Below are positions 12,355 to 25,983 of a stretch of 64,000 nucleotides of DNA, piece after piece. Both the position numbers and the translations under genes were made by a program. Within the stretch, counting starts at the first letter, position 1. The number at the start of each line of letters is the position of its first letter. The stretch lies in the NCBI GenBank assembly GCA_973895155.1, contig OZ316896.1:18340754-18404753 (forward strand), in the 5' to 3' direction. The DNA comes from Marsupella aquatica. Taxonomy: Eukaryota > Plantae > Marchantiophyta. The notes under the pieces are model-generated. The model saw only the letters and a program-made list of their open reading frames with translations, searched no databases and was not told where the DNA came from.

Positions 12355-13394
12355 GCTAAAAGATGGCGCGATCTGTTGAGCAACGTCTGCTTCATCATTC
12401 AGGTCATAAGCAGGCGATCAGTTGGCTACGACAATGCCTCGATCTGGCTCTATAGTCAATAAAATCCAGTTGCTCAAGGGAAGCATTGAATGAAGTCGAG
12501 TGACCCTGAACAATGTAGATCGAGCTGAAGGACCACGAACGCCTTCCAACTTCATTGAGAAAGTATACAGTGAAAACGAATGCAAGAAACCAGTCAAAAA
12601 AACCTTGGGATATTTTTGGAGGCATGATGAAGCGTCCTCGTCGTCTAGATTTGACTGAAAAACGAGGACTGAGCGACAACCACAGTGGCAAAATGTACAT
12701 CAGAGCAATGCAGAAGTCAGTTTGAGCACAGTGCATAGCAGCAGAAGTTAGTACACTGTAGCCCGAGTGCATTATTACACAAACATTATACAGCAATTTG
12801 AAAATAAAATGCGAGGCAATGGTTTGCGAAAGTTAGTAGACATAAAATTATCAGATAATGTAGCAGGGAGAGCCTCTTCCTCCAGCATTACATTCTTAGT
12901 ACAAGCTATGCACGAGTCGCAGCTTCTTCACTGTCATATGCCCCTGATTCATAGCAACAATCAGGGCCCTTCAGTTGGCAGTGAACATAACCCAAGGGTA
13001 GACGACAAATGCATGCTCAGATTCAACTTCAAACAATTCACATCAAGACACGGCAAAAAATCTCGATAGGCCAAGGTCCATTTAATTACTCACCGAGATA
13101 CACTGGCGGAAAATGGATGAAACATGAGCGCCCAGACAAATCGCAACCGTTTATCTAGGGTACGACCGCTTAACGAATATTTAGGGTCCTTCATTGCTCC
13201 ATTAAGGAGCCTGTCAGGACCATAAACATATACAGAACCATAGGGCCTCAGCCAGAGTAGAGTAATCGTTGAGCGTCAATGTACATGTTATGGCCATGTT
13301 TGAAGTGACGGGCAACTTGCCGAGTTGTCGGGCATGTAAACTCGGCATTTGCTGGGCGGAAATCGGCCCCAATCGAATATTCCTTGTTATTCCC

Positions 13395-13660
13395 AGGGTC
13401 GGGCTGGGTGTGGGGCCGGGCCGGGCCGGGCAGGGATAGGCCGGGAGACAGGCCAGGAGACGCCGGGAGATAGGCCGGGGACAGGCCGGGCGAGGTCGGG
13501 ACAGGCCGGGCAAGGTACAGGCCTGGCGAGGTCGGGGTCAGGGCCGGGAGAGGCCTGGACAGGCCGGGGGTTAGGCTGGGCTAGGCCAGGACAGGGTCAG
13601 GGCGGGGTGTGAGCCAGCCGGGGCCGGGAGGTCATGGCCGGGCCGGGCCGGGAAGTCAAG
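13395..13660. repeat. GC-rich GGCCGGG low-complexity repeat
   Basis: Many GGCCG/GGCCGGG/CAGGCCGGG units, strongly G-skewed on the + strand. Confidence 0.85.
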
Positions 13661-16600
13661 ATCGGGTGACTAGTTGCTCGTTGACGGACTCTAAAGCCTC
13701 TATTTGCCGGGTCTCGGCCCCATGTCGAGTTGCCTACTGGCTCTAAACACTCTATTTGCCGGGTCCAGAGCAGTGAGGTCTCAAATACTACCTTTGGATC
13801 ATAGCAACCGACAGCTTTTGCAATAATTTCTTCCAGGAAGGAAAACGCCACTGAAGGGAACTGATCTGATTAGTGACAGCAAAACTCTCGGGAGGGATGG
13901 GCAGGGTCCCCCGAAAGGTAGAAAGGGCTACGATCGAATTTTTCCTGGAAAAAATCGAACGAATGTTCACAATTGAATTGAATCAAATCGAATCTCTGCA
14001 CCATGACCTGACCTTCCGACAGAGAACGGAGGCTAAGAAGAGAGTGAATTGATCGATGGCTCACAAGTGAACGATTGCCAACGAGAGGCAGAATCATCTC
14101 ACTTTGAGAACCCGTGAGTTTGCGAATTGGGCACACGAGATATTTTCGTTGCAAATTTCTGAGTGCATTGGTTCCAGGGTTTAGAAGGATTCTGCGAAAA
14201 TTCTTCAATCACGGAATCCCGAGGATTTGAAGAGGGCCAGGGCAGCTCAAATGCTCATTCTGGGGTAAGTCTTGTTCACATGGTTCCCAAAAGCTATAGA
14301 TGAGAGAGTGAACATTTCTGATGACCTTCTGATCCGGAAAGCTAAAGCAACTCCATCGTATCTTCCAGGGCACCTGATCTGATGAAGGGCGTTGCGATTT
14401 CTCAAATGGATGGCTTCAAAATTTCAGGAAGCGACGTGAGTCAGGCGTATGCGGACGATTAAGCATGGGGAAGCAGGGGGTTTGAGCGTTACAATGATCG
14501 CAAATACGAGGGCCGGCTGCTGGAGGGAGAGGTTCAGAGTGCGTATTCTTCATCATTAGGATTGCCTTTGCATGTAAGACACTGTGATCTCGCCTTTTCA
14601 TGAGTGATACGTTCGCTGTCTAGTCGGCGTCTCTCGTCACAACATAACTGAGACATTGAAGTGCATTAGCGCGCAACCTTCACACATCCAATTCTAGCAA
14701 ACAGTGATGGAAACTGTCCAACACGCTGCAGACGCATAATTGACACGGCAAGTTCACACCCCTAGATGGTACTGGAAGCTTCTGTTTAGAGTCACCTTGA
14801 TGCATCTTCATCCGGATCTGTCCTGTGTTGCAGTTGGCTCATGAGATCGGCGGGATGAACCTGTTGGCTACTGTAGTCATCTTGCTTTGCTTGCACTTCT
14901 AAGCTTTGATCTATTCTCGTAACACCTAAACTTTGAACTTATGGCTTCATCACATCTATATACACATTTCCTAAACAGGTGATCTTCATTTGCACCACAT
15001 TCGCGGAAAGTAAACGAGTCGTCCAAAGGTACTTTCAAGAGGTGAATGCAGGAATACAGTCGAGATCATTGAAGGGTGCTTGTTAAGAGGTCAGTATATC
15101 AAGAGCCAAATCTACCCGAGAACGGGTGGATAAGTGTGCTGTGGCCTGACGAAGTCGAAAATTCAGATTTATTTTCTCCTTTCGAAACAAAGCTGGAATT
15201 GCCTGTAAGCGAAAGCTGAGCCACCGCATTCATTGGCCATTTGGGAGTTTTAGCTAGTGAAGTAGTAATCCCGGAAGGCGACCTAAAGGAGAATGACAGT
15301 GACGTTTTCCCTCCATACTGAAACCATTGTTCTTCAAACCTGAATTCCATCCCTCAATCGAACAGAGGACAAGTAGATTGAAACCATGGAGAGTTCCCTG
15401 GCGGCCTGGCCTGCATTATCAGCGTAGTCCAAGAGCCGGTTTCATAGGAAATTACTATCCACTCCCTGAGAGAATCTCTACATTGATGCTCGTATGTATT
15501 TGCAATTTACTTATATTCCAGTTACATTATGAGCTGATTCTTTGTCATCAACGGTGGGATAAACTCCCCATTCACTTGTAAATCCTACCATCTCCAACCA
15601 AGTGTCCTCGTCAAACACTCAAATTTAGCTAAGCAAAATAACATAATATACTGCGAGATTAGCTTTAAGAGACTGACAGCTGGACAACCCACACATCATA
15701 TATCTTTCCTCCTGTGACAGTCTACTCAGTTTAGTGTGCCGGTAGACTATACAAGTCACTGGATTAATCACTATCCAACACCTGCACCAGAATTTCAGTA
15801 CCGATAATAACCAAAAAAGGACGGAACCAACCCATCAAGGCAGCTCGGGAAAGTCATTGCAATACGACAATCAGTGAACGATTCGGAAACTCCTCGATCA
15901 AAATAAGCCAATTCTACTGCACCGCTAAGGTGTCTGAACCGGACGAATGTTTACATGCTAAATTTGAGAGGTCCGAAGTGTGGACTAATACTTGGAATGC
16001 GAACTTCATGTACCATAGTGAGAATTGCGAAGGGTCCCAAAGTACGAGAGTACATGAACACAAAAATCTAGACTGCCTTTTGTTTAGACGGTTTTCCTCT
16101 AGTTAGAAGAACTGAAGAGGATTTCAGATTTTAATTCAAGGAAGTCATACGGATTTCTTCGATTCAGCAGGGCAGTTCCGCAGCGCGTCACTAATTGAGC
16201 GTGTTGCCAGATCCAGAAAAGAGACCATGAAATCAGGTAGGGTCCTTCATCAGACATGCACAAAACTCATCCGATCTCCCAATTTCATTCCATGCTGCAA
16301 CCAAGGAGCAATTCCCAACCATTATAACAATCCAATCCCCAACAGTGCCTCTCAGGAAATGTCACATCCAACCTAACTCCAATCAGCTCGCATTCAAACC
16401 TCTGTCAACTAAAGTTGGAAACCGCATAGAGACAAGTTACCGTGATCTCAAACAACGACATATTCGTCTAAAAATCAGAAACAATGTCACAAGCTCGATT
16501 GATGTTAGCATCCCCGTTCAGTAACAAAAGAACTAAACATTGAGTCATCGCCAAGTACTCACTCAGAGGAAGAATGTTCCGGCACGGTCAGGGCAGTACA

Positions 16601-17063
16601 GAGTACCAACAGCAGTCGGAAACTGGGCTCGAATAAGGAACGAATAGCCATGGCCACAATCGGCAGGAAAATATATTACTTAATTCACTTACAGATTCAC
16701 AAAACCCAGACAAATTAGCCAGCCTCGTGTACAACCTAACGCAGAAAATAAGGGCAGGGATCATCGTCCCCACCCAGTAGATACCCTAAAAACTCATTGT
16801 TAATGCTGGTCTCTTCCCTACTAGAACAATATTTCTGTTTAAGCTGAATAAAAGTCTCGTAAATTGATTCAACACATGCCAGTCAAGCATGAGCCAAAGG
16901 GGGCACCGTTACCTAAATTACAAGCAGAGGATGGACGAATACTTACGCCCTTCATCTACAGACACCCCATCAGAAGTAGAGATATATTTGCAACGACAGC
17001 CGGCCAACCCTTATTTTTCACACGGACGGAACCCAGAAACCTCTGAGTCGTTCATCCAAATTG

Positions 17064-17492
17064 TCACCAGCCTCCGCCCGCCTTGGACCCGCCGAGGAGC
17101 AGAACGATGAGGGCGGCGATAGTACAGGCCATCAGGCCGGTGCGCTCTCTAGTGTCGTGAGAGAAGCAGAAGTAGATGATGGTTCCGACATACCACGGGA
17201 TGACCGAGATGAAGCCGAGCATGAAGAGGAGCCACCCAAAACCTAAATTGCAGAAGGGCAGCCTCTCCTCCCGCTGGTAGTGCTCTCCGCCGAGAAGAGG
17301 CCTGCCTTCCGAGAACCTGCTGTGAATTCCCTGCACGGATTGGTAATGGTAGTTGCGGTCCGCAGGTGCGTAGTGCGGGGCCTCACTGGGCGGAACGGGC
17401 TGTGGAAAGTTGGGTTGCCCCTGAAATGTTCCGTAGTACGCTGGTTGCCCTTCCACCACCTCTCCTTGCTCCGGATCCTTCGAGCTCCCCAT
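17064..17492 (-). CDS. Plant '60S ribosomal protein L18a-like' small membrane protein (not a true ribosomal protein)
   Basis: 142 aa with an N-terminal YYGTFQG/Pro-rich region, then EERLPFCNLGFGWLLFMLGF...PWYVG...DTRERTGLMACTIAA, typical of this family. CT/GA-rich sequence lies upstream. Confidence 0.85.
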   Translation of the reverse strand: MGSSKDPEQGEVVEGQPAYYGTFQGQPNFPQPVPPSEAPHYAPADRNYHYQSVQGIHSRFSEGRPLLGGEHYQREERLPFCNLGFGWLLFMLGFISVIPWYVGTIIYFCFSHDTRERTGLMACTIAALIVLLLGGSKAGGGW

Positions 17493-17769
17493 CGCACTCC
17501 TCGTCTATGTCCCTCTCCTCTACTCCTCTCCCACTCCTCTGCTCTCTATTCCGATCTGCTCTGACCAAAACTCCTGCGATTTGCTCTATCGCTTCTCCTG
17601 CTTTTCCTTTCCCAGTCGAAGATCTGGCACTACCACCTCCGGCTTCTTGTGTGTGGAGCAGCGGTGGTGCATGTTTTCGTGGAGCTCCAACAGGATCTCC
17701 AACAGGATGAGTTGTCCGGCTGCTCCCCGTTGCTTGGAGAGCAATCTATCGTTTGCTGCTCGTGCTCCT

Positions 17770-19470
17770 AAAATATGGCACTTTATTGCTGTCGGCGAAG
17801 TTTCGGGCACCAACGCTGTGTACCATATCAGTGCCGGCTGAAAGTAAATGTCGTCCTGTTGGTCCTGTTGGAGGAAAAACAATTCTTGCAGTAGACCTTT
17901 CTTGATGAGGTTTTCAGTATGCCAGTTTTTAGTATGCCCCAAAATATGCGGCACTCCTTCATCCAATGGCTTACTCCCATATATTTTGGTGACTCTATTG
18001 TCAGTTTGATGGGATTCATTGATAAACTATTGATTTATTTGGGTGACTCGATTATCAGTCTGATGGGATTCTTTGACTCTATTGTCAGTTTGATGGGATT
18101 CATTGATAAACTATTGATTTATTTGGGTGACTATATTATCAGTTTGATGGGATTCTTGGATAAGTTGCTTGCAATCTTCATAGACGAGTAGATCCATTGG
18201 GCCCCCTCTATCTATTTTGATCATGTACTTTGTCAGCAAATTTCAGTGACATTACTTTGTGCTCAACCTAAAATGATCTACTGTAGCTCGCTCACTATGA
18301 GGGCTAGTGTGCGCAATCTAGTGTTTGGTGCTAGTGTGTTCCTAAAATATAGCAGTTTATTGTTATCAACAGTTTCTGGAGCAACTACTGTGTATATCAT
18401 TTCTAAGCAAGCTGAAAGGAAATGTTTACCTGTTGGAGTAAAAAACTTTCTTGCAGTACACCTTCTGTTATGAAGTTTTTAGTATGCTCAAAATTTGCCA
18501 CATCTATAGCTTCCTCCCCCGTGTTATTGCAATATTTGATGGACTCCTTTGACAAACAGGTGGAGATCATCATAGATGGATAGGTCCCATCTGACTCACA
18601 CTATCAATTTTGATCACGCACTTTTGTCAGCAAAGTCAGTGATGTTATATTGTGCTCAAGCTAGAGTGATCTACTGTTGATATCACCGTGGGTGTTAGTG
18701 TGCACGATCTATCATCTGCTGCTCATGTGTTTCTAGAATATGGCAGTTTATTGCTGTTGGTGAATTTTCAAGCACCTACGGTGTATATCATTTCCATGTC
18801 AACTAAAAGTAAATATTTTCCTGTTGGTAAAAGAATATTTTTGCAGTAGACCTTTGGATATGAATATTTTAATATGTCTCAAAATATACCCCTTTGCCTC
18901 ATCATGTAACTTACCCACCTAGTTATTGAGTTATATATGGGCTATTCCATCATCAATTTGATGTAATTCTTGGACAAATAGCTCGCAATGTTCATATATG
19001 GATAGGTCCAATTGGAACCCCACTATCTATTTTGGCCATGCGCTTTTGTCAGCACATTTCCAGCTACATTACATCATGCTCAAGCTAGAGCAATCTACCA
19101 TTGATCATGAAGTTTTTGGTACCACTTTAGCAAAAACAATTTTGCAGTAGACCTCCAGTCATGAAGTTTTTAGTACAATGCTTTAGCAAAAAATTTAAGA
19201 TAGTACCTATCCCAAAACTGCTTTAACCAATGCCACTTTTCTTATGAAAGCTGCTCAACTTTGTTGTGCATTAGACCTTTAGTCATAAAGTTATTAGTAC
19301 AATTTTAGGAGAAAACTGCAAATAAAAACCATCCTCTTTTCTTATTACACTTGCACAACTTTCTTGCAGTAAGCCCTCAGTCATGAAGTTTTTAGTACAA
19401 CTTTGTTGCAATAGACCTTTATGCAGGTCATGAAGTTTTTCGTACAACTTTAGCCAAAAAAAGAAGTTTT
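17770..19470. repeat. Degenerate tandem repeats (~400-570-bp units) with internal short duplications
   Basis: aatatggcagtttattgctgt...ttgcagtagacct...tgaagtttttagta blocks recur near 17770, 18345 and 18737. ~81-bp duplication at ~17990-18170. Confidence 0.65.
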
Positions 19471-21197
19471 CTCCAAATTGCTTCAACCAGGCATGACTGA
19501 TCCTTCTTTTCTTATTTAAGGTGCACTAAAAAAACACAACCTATCCATGACTTGGCTAGTAAACTTAATCCCTTGCTAGCTAAAAGTTGGTTTCACATAG
19601 TGTCTTAAATTTTGTTTCATCAAACACTATAATATCCGATCCAGCCTGTTTGGGCATTTGTCTTCTTGTGAAATGTCATCTGGGTGAGAAGAAATCACCA
19701 CTGTTTGCTGGAATTGTGTTTGTTGCCATTTGATCAGCCACAAACACCTCTCCTTCACTCCCTCATGCCTTGCCTCACCTTCCATGCCTCATCGTCACTA
19801 TCTTTACATCACCATCGTGCAATGCACAGGCATTGGGCTTGTTTCCATCAAACCCAAATTTTGGATCTTCTGGTCAAATGGAATTCTAGAAATGCACTAA
19901 AATCCAAAAGTCACTAATGATCAAAAGGCATATTAGAGAACCATGGGAGTTGACTCATAAGCAATACTCTTCCTTTTCAGCAAAAATTCTTGTTTGCTCT
20001 GATCTTATAAACCTAAAGTAAGTTGTGCAACCCACAGGCATGGACTTAATGGGGATCCATAAACTTGTTTGAATTCCCAAAGCTTTATGGTAAAGTTGTG
20101 TCTGGCCAAGCATTGCCCTTGACTAGTGAGAATTGTCTAAGAGAGTAACTTCCTGCTTCAGCCAATTTATTTTGGACAATGTTTTGAGCGTCAACCAAAG
20201 TGGAAGCTCAAATGGGAAAGTTATCCCGTGTTGTTTCTTTGGGATGCTGGGCTATGGTGGAGCGTTACAATCTGCTGGCTTTTGGGTCCCTGTTAGCGGC
20301 ATGGACAGGTTGACAAGTTTAGGGTAAGATAGTGGTAATAGCTGGATGGACCACCAGGATGCTAGCAAGAGTTTTTGGATCTTCTGGAGATTTTTATGCT
20401 ATTGTGGGACTTGTCCCATTTACCAGGTGGTAAGATAAATAAATAAATAAATACCATAACTTGCTAGTAAGGAAGAAATCATATGCACCCCAATCTATGA
20501 GCCTGTCCTGTGATTGCTTGTGTAGTCTAATCTTAAGGCACTTTGTCCCCATACTCTTCAAGTTGTGTCCTCATGTGTTCTAAATTCTTATCAAAGATAG
20601 AGAGATGACAACAAGTAGAAAATGTAGAACGAGGGCCAAACTCAAATACTCAGTAGTTCAACTGAAAGACAATGTTCAACTCGCTTGCATTTGTGCCTAA
20701 ATAACATTCCATCTCAAATCCGGGTTTTACTGGGTTTTGCCTTTCACATAAGTAAAGTACTCCTTCCAATTATTATTTAAGAAAAAGAGTATTTGAGCGT
20801 ATAATATGGGACAACTCTAATTTGGTAGGGTAACTTTGGCCTCGCACCTTGCCACACCCAGCTTCAGCCACCACCGCCGCTAATTCGCCAGCCGTCGTCG
20901 ACGCGTGTTCGATCCTCGCTCCTCCCCGAGAGCCCGAGAGTCAGAGCCGCAATAGCGAATAGAAAACGTAGCGCGAGGGCCAAACCCGAAAGCACAATCC
21001 GAAACGAACTCCACTCCAACAGCAGTACTGCTCTGCTTCTGCTGCTTTACGCTGCATGATTGTATCGATCCCTTCTCCGGCCCCATCTCCAGAAATCTCT
21101 CTCCCCTGTCGTTCGCCCTTCCCATTGCGGGTGCTGCCCTGCCCTCATCACCATCTTTCCCAGCTTGCAAGCAAAGGAAACCTCCGAGTATCGAGTA

Positions 21198-21241
21198 TCG
21201 AGAGAGAGAGAGAGAAAGAGAGAGTGCGAGAGAGAGAGAGA
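21198..21241. repeat. (GA)n microsatellite in the probable 5' UTR of VIPP1
   Basis: GA run directly upstream of GCC ATG G at 21251. Confidence 0.9.
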
Positions 21242-21250
21242 ATTGCAGCC

Positions 21251-22393
21251 ATGGCGACAGCAGTGGGAGCAGCGAGCTGTGGCTGTGCAGCGAGCCCAAC
21301 GGCAAGCCTTTCCTCTCGATTCTCGGGTGCGTCGTCGTCGACGACCTCGTCATTCTCTGCGTCTCTGCCCAGCCTCTCTGTTTCGGTGTCTGGGAGGTCG
21401 GCCTCGTCTTCGTCTTCGGCGAATTGGGCCCAGAGGGCGACTGTGAGGAGCAGCAGAGCGCTGATTCTGCAAAGTGGGTTCACTTCGAAGACGTTGTCGT
21501 CGTGCAGATTTTTCGATGGAGGGGTGGGGAGGTTGGTGCTCTCGGATGCGGTGGCAGCAGCGGCGTGGGGCGGAGATGGAGGGCATGGCGGTGGCGCTCT
21601 GGCGGCCCAGGCTAACATATTTGAGAGAGTCGTTCGAATTGTCAGGTCGTACGCCAATGCAATTGTTAGTGCGGCTGAGGACCCCGAGAAATTGTTGGAT
21701 CAGACTGTTCTTGAGATGAGTGAGGATCTGACCAAAATGCGACAGGCTTCAGCTCAGGTGCTGGCATCGCAGAAGCAGCTGGAGAACAAGCAAAGGGCTT
21801 CGCAGCAGACTGCGGACGACTGGTATCGGAGAGCCAAGTTGGCTCTAGAAAAGGGGGATGAAACCCTTGCGAAGGAAGCCTTGAAGCGACGGAAGGATTA
21901 CGAGGAGAGTGCCAAGGCCCTGAAGAATCAGCTGGACCAACAAAAGGGGGTAGTCGATAAACTTGTCTCCAACACTAGGCTTCTGGAGGCTAAGATTCAA
22001 GAAGCAAAGTCGAAGAAGGACACTCTCAAAGCGCGTGCACAGTCTGCTAAGACCTCTCAGAAGGTGAACGAAATGCTTGGCAACATTAAGACGAGCAGCG
22101 CCCTCGCAGCTTTTGACAAGATGGAAGAGAAGGTAACCGCTCTTGAGTCGGAAGCTGAAGCTTTGAATCAACTTAGTACAGATGACCTCGCAGGAAAATT
22201 TGCCTTGCTTGAAGGTGAATCGGTGGATGATGATTTGGCCGCCTTGAAAAGAGATATGTTGGGTCCTCCCAAGAGGTCTGCAGAATTACCAGAGGGACGT
22301 TCGGGATCGCCAGTGAGTAGTGCTAGTCCCTTCAAGGACTTCGAAATTGAACGGGAATTGAATGAACTCCGGAAAAAGGCAAACGAATATTAG
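21251..22393 (+). CDS. VIPP1: VIPP1/IM30 (PspA family) plastid membrane protein, intronless
   Basis: Kozak-like gccATGg at 21251 gives 380 aa: a Ser/Ala-rich transit peptide, then [54 protein letters not shown], the C-terminal helix [13 protein letters not shown]. Confidence 0.95.
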   Translation: MATAVGAASCGCAASPTASLSSRFSGASSSTTSSFSASLPSLSVSVSGRSASSSSSANWAQRATVRSSRALILQSGFTSKTLSSCRFFDGGVGRLVLSDAVAAAAWGGDGGHGGGALAAQANIFERVVRIVRSYANAIVSAAEDPEKLLDQTVLEMSEDLTKMRQASAQVLASQKQLENKQRASQQTADDWYRRAKLALEKGDETLAKEALKRRKDYEESAKALKNQLDQQKGVVDKLVSNTRLLEAKIQEAKSKKDTLKARAQSAKTSQKVNEMLGNIKTSSALAAFDKMEEKVTALESEAEALNQLSTDDLAGKFALLEGESVDDDLAALKRDMLGPPKRSAELPEGRSGSPVSSASPFKDFEIERELNELRKKANEY

Positions 22394-23943
22394 CTAATTC
22401 CAGGTCCTTGTCCATTGCAGGCAGTTAGTTGCATTGTAACATGCTCAGCGGTATTTTTAGGGTTGCTGACAACCTGAGTAGTTTCGTTTGGTCGATTACT
22501 ATGACGATGCTGCAACAGGGCCTTACCAGAGTTGATTGAGGACTCTGTTATTTCTTGCATGCAAATTCTGTCTGTTCACGCAGAGGCCACGTCCTGTAAA
22601 CTAAGAGTTGTATCTTTTTTCCTGCATCAAAAGAGGCCATTTCCTGTAAAGTTAGAGGCTATCAAGGGATCTCCTGTTCCTGGTTTGGAAGGTCTTCAGG
22701 CCATTAATATTAACTTCAGAACCGACTGAGGAATTTCGTATTGCATGCTTGCAAGATTAGTCTGTCCTCCTGTAGACTTTTATTTTAGGAATATCTTAAT
22801 ATTGGACGGTTTCTTCAGCCTTCGTTCATGTGTTGGGGCGCTATGCGACTAACACGAAACAAGGATTTAGAAATGTTATGGAGGTTTAGAAGCACGTTGC
22901 CTATTTCCTGTACCCTTTTCCTATTTTCACGCTATCCAATATGAGGTTACCTGGTACATGGAGTTCTGTTTAAGTTCACATTGAAGTTTTTCAATGACTG
23001 GGGTACTTATTCCTTGCTTGCAGATTCTTTGGTTTTCCTGGTTTTCTTTGATCTTGATGATTTATGTATTATGTATTATTTGGATTAGATATGCTGAAGG
23101 TTTATTGCTTTGCCCAGAAATATCTTGTGTGGCCATCTTATTTGCATATGCTCGGAACAGATGCCAAACGGTTGGTCGGTTATTTAGAGATTCAGTCTTA
23201 AGTTCTTTGAGCATTTGATGTGAGGTAAGGAAGTCAAGCCTACTATGATCTTTAAGATTGCTGTTTACAAATGAGAATTGGGACAGTGACGGAGAGGACG
23301 AGTATACACTTCACCAGGCATCTGCCCCTGAATTTTATATCAGGTAGGAAGGAAAGCATAGTACTCCTAAAATCGCAGTCCCCAACGTGAATTGGACAGT
23401 GACGCAAAGGAAAGGACAATTGGGACTACGGTTTATTTCTCTTGTCTAAATTGCCGTGGGCTTTTGACATAAATACTCAGATATTCCCGGAAAGATGTGG
23501 TTTGTACATAGTCTTCAAGGATTCAGGGACTCGACTGAAAGGTCAACTGCGAGCACATTATTTTCTCGTTTTTAAAATGCACCTCGGGCTCTTGTTCTAA
23601 ATATAAACTTGCAGTAGACATTGTCAAGACTCCCAGCACTTCAGATATTGTGAGACTGTCCAACCTCAAGGTTGATATGAAACTGTGTCGGTTTTGCGTA
23701 TGTTTGATTACTGTTTTTAACTGTTATGCAAATTAAAGGAACCGCTCTCAGTTTTGCGTATGTTTGATTACTTTTGTCTACTGTTTTGCATATTAAAGGA
23801 ACCGATTGTGGGCAAGATTCCCACTTCATTACCAGCTGTCGACATGAGTTTACTAATTTGTTTGCAAAATTTGAAACACGGAGCACATTGCCAATGACTC
23901 GCACAACTAAGCAGTCTGTCGTCGCCTTGTTCGGGGATTAAAG

Positions 23944-24055
23944 ACGGAGGGGTAACATAAGTCGAATGTGAAGTTTGACCCAGAGTATGCATTCCACCAA
24001 ACGGAGGGGTAACATAAGTCGAATGTGAAGTTTGACCCAGAGTATGCATTCCACC
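23944..24055. repeat. 57-bp tandem duplication
   Basis: acggaggggtaacataagtcgaatgtgaagtttgacccagagtatgcattccacc at 23944 and 24001. Confidence 0.95.
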
Positions 24056-24292
24056 GTTAGAACACCACTACCACCACAGGTGGATACACGTGCTAATGCA
24101 AACCTTCGTTATTCAATGTCCTGAAAGCGAGACAGCAGACTTATGTTGGTATCCGTTCTCCAGTCGATGCACCAACGGCTCAAACAATGGATCGTCTTTA
24201 GGGGAGTCTGCCATGTTTGTAAGGCACACAGAAAAAGAATAGCAGCATATACATAGACGGGAAAGAGGAATACGTTCTCCGTTGTGCCCAGG

Positions 24293-24478
24293 TAATATAC
24301 TGCACGGTTCTTTGCCAGGGCAAATGTATTCGTTACCTCAGTATTACCACAACTAATAATATACTGCACGGTTCTTTGCCAGGGCAAATGTATTCGTTAC
24401 CTCAGTATTACCACAGTTAATAATATACTGCACGGTTCTTTGCCAGGGCAAATGTATTCGTCACCTCAGTAGTACCAC
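24293..24478. repeat. 64-bp tandem repeat x3
   Basis: taatatactgcacggttctttgccagggcaaatgtattcgttacctcagtattaccac at 24293, 24357 and 24421. Confidence 0.95.
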
Positions 24479-25134
24479 CAAATGTTATATTTACCCAAAT
24501 TTGAGATGATGAGAATTGTTCACTAAGTTTTCCTGGTCAATCACAAATTTCAGGATACGTGTTCCGACAGTGTCGACTGTTCTGGAGAGTGACAGAAAAG
24601 AACCAAAAAAGAAATGAATTCAAGCGAATGCAACACATCTTAGATGGTTTACTTTCCATGAACCGAGGGAAAGACCTAAACTCCGAAACAGTTGCCTTAA
24701 TGGTGTCGTCCTTGATGATACCATGATATATATATCGACCCAAAGTATCAGAAATCGGGTCATGGATCTTGAAAAGAACCGATTCAGGTCAAGTTTCATT
24801 GTCATCAATGAAAGGAATGATCGTGGCCTAACACGAAGCCGCGCTGAGAAGAGAGCGAATTTGGATGACAGATCTGACCGTGCACGTTCCAAATCAACTT
24901 TTGAATCATAGTATCTGAGAGTACAAAGCCTTATCACATACAGCTGCCGGAAGAAAGCTGCATCCAACAGCAAACGAGAGGATCTTACACCTTTCCACAG
25001 AATCTGAGGCATCAAAACTGAAGGCGATGGGGTATGCGTCGCCAAATCCAACACGAAGCAGACGGCACGGACATAATTGAGACGGAATTCGACCGTCCAC
25101 GAACTGTGGACACTTTTCATTACGGTTTTCACAC

Positions 25135-25983
25135 TTCATGAACCGTTCAGTGGCAAAGAATCCAGTCCTGTGCCGACAAATCGCATTCGGATTTCCACGA
25201 GCCACATCTACAGCTCTTGTTACATTGGCTCAGGACGTTCGATCAGATGTGTATTCTAGAAAGTTTGATGAAGGGTTTTCAAACTTTTTGAACCGTTCAG
25301 TGGCAGCGAATACAGTCCTGTGCCGACCAGTCACATTCGGACCTCCATGAGCTGTACCTGCAGCTCTTGCGCAGTGGCTCACGACGTTCAATCAGCTGGG
25401 AGGTGTGGAAACGTTGGAGCAAGGGATTTTACGCTTCATGAGAACATTTGTGGCAGCGTATACATTTCTGTGCCGACAAATCGCATGAAATTCAATCAAA
25501 ATCGCATGACATTCAATCAGCTTCATGAGAACATTTGAGGCAGCGTATACAGTTTTGTGCCGACAAGTCGCATGACATTCAATAAGCTGCGAGGTGTGTA
25601 GACATTTGAGCAACAATTTGTACGCTTCATGGAACGATCAGTGGCAGCAAATACAGTCTTGCTCCAAAAATTCTCATTCCTCTCACTACAACGGCTATGG
25701 CTCGGGGGTCTCATTAGCAGTTGCCGACGGCTGTAATGGTGTAAAGTGATTCTTCTTGAGGTTTTGATGGTGGCGCTCCGTGAGGAGCAGTCCAAATATT
25801 GGAATATGCCGCGTTTGTGTCCCGCGCACGGTATTCTTTAGTAAAAGGCGAAAGAATAGTTCGCTCTGTGCTGAACACACGGCTGATGAGGTAAGACATC
25901 GGAAGACAGGGTTTATATACGACTCTCACATTTCGATTATCGACACTGAGATTATGGTCCAATTCTGGAACGAATGGCGTTGA
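25135..25983 (+). pseudogene. Decayed ORF with 50-aa (150-bp) repeats and a downstream Cys/His motif; unknown family
   Basis: Units start at 25135, 25285 and 25435 (exact 150-bp period), with further partial copies at ~25522 and ~25626. They translate to FMNRSVAKNPVLCRQIAF / FLNRSVAANTVLCRPVTF / FMRTFVAAYTFLCRQIA, with in-frame stops. ICRVC...LCAEH lies in ORF 25780-25983. Confidence 0.4.

Noticed and set aside
17064-17492. True ribosomal protein eL20/L18a
   Set aside because: It lacks the ribosomal L18a domain and matches the misnamed membrane-protein family instead.
21056-21250. N-terminal extension of VIPP1 in the ORF track
   Set aside because: It runs through a (GA)n microsatellite; ATG 21251 has better context and starts a typical transit peptide.
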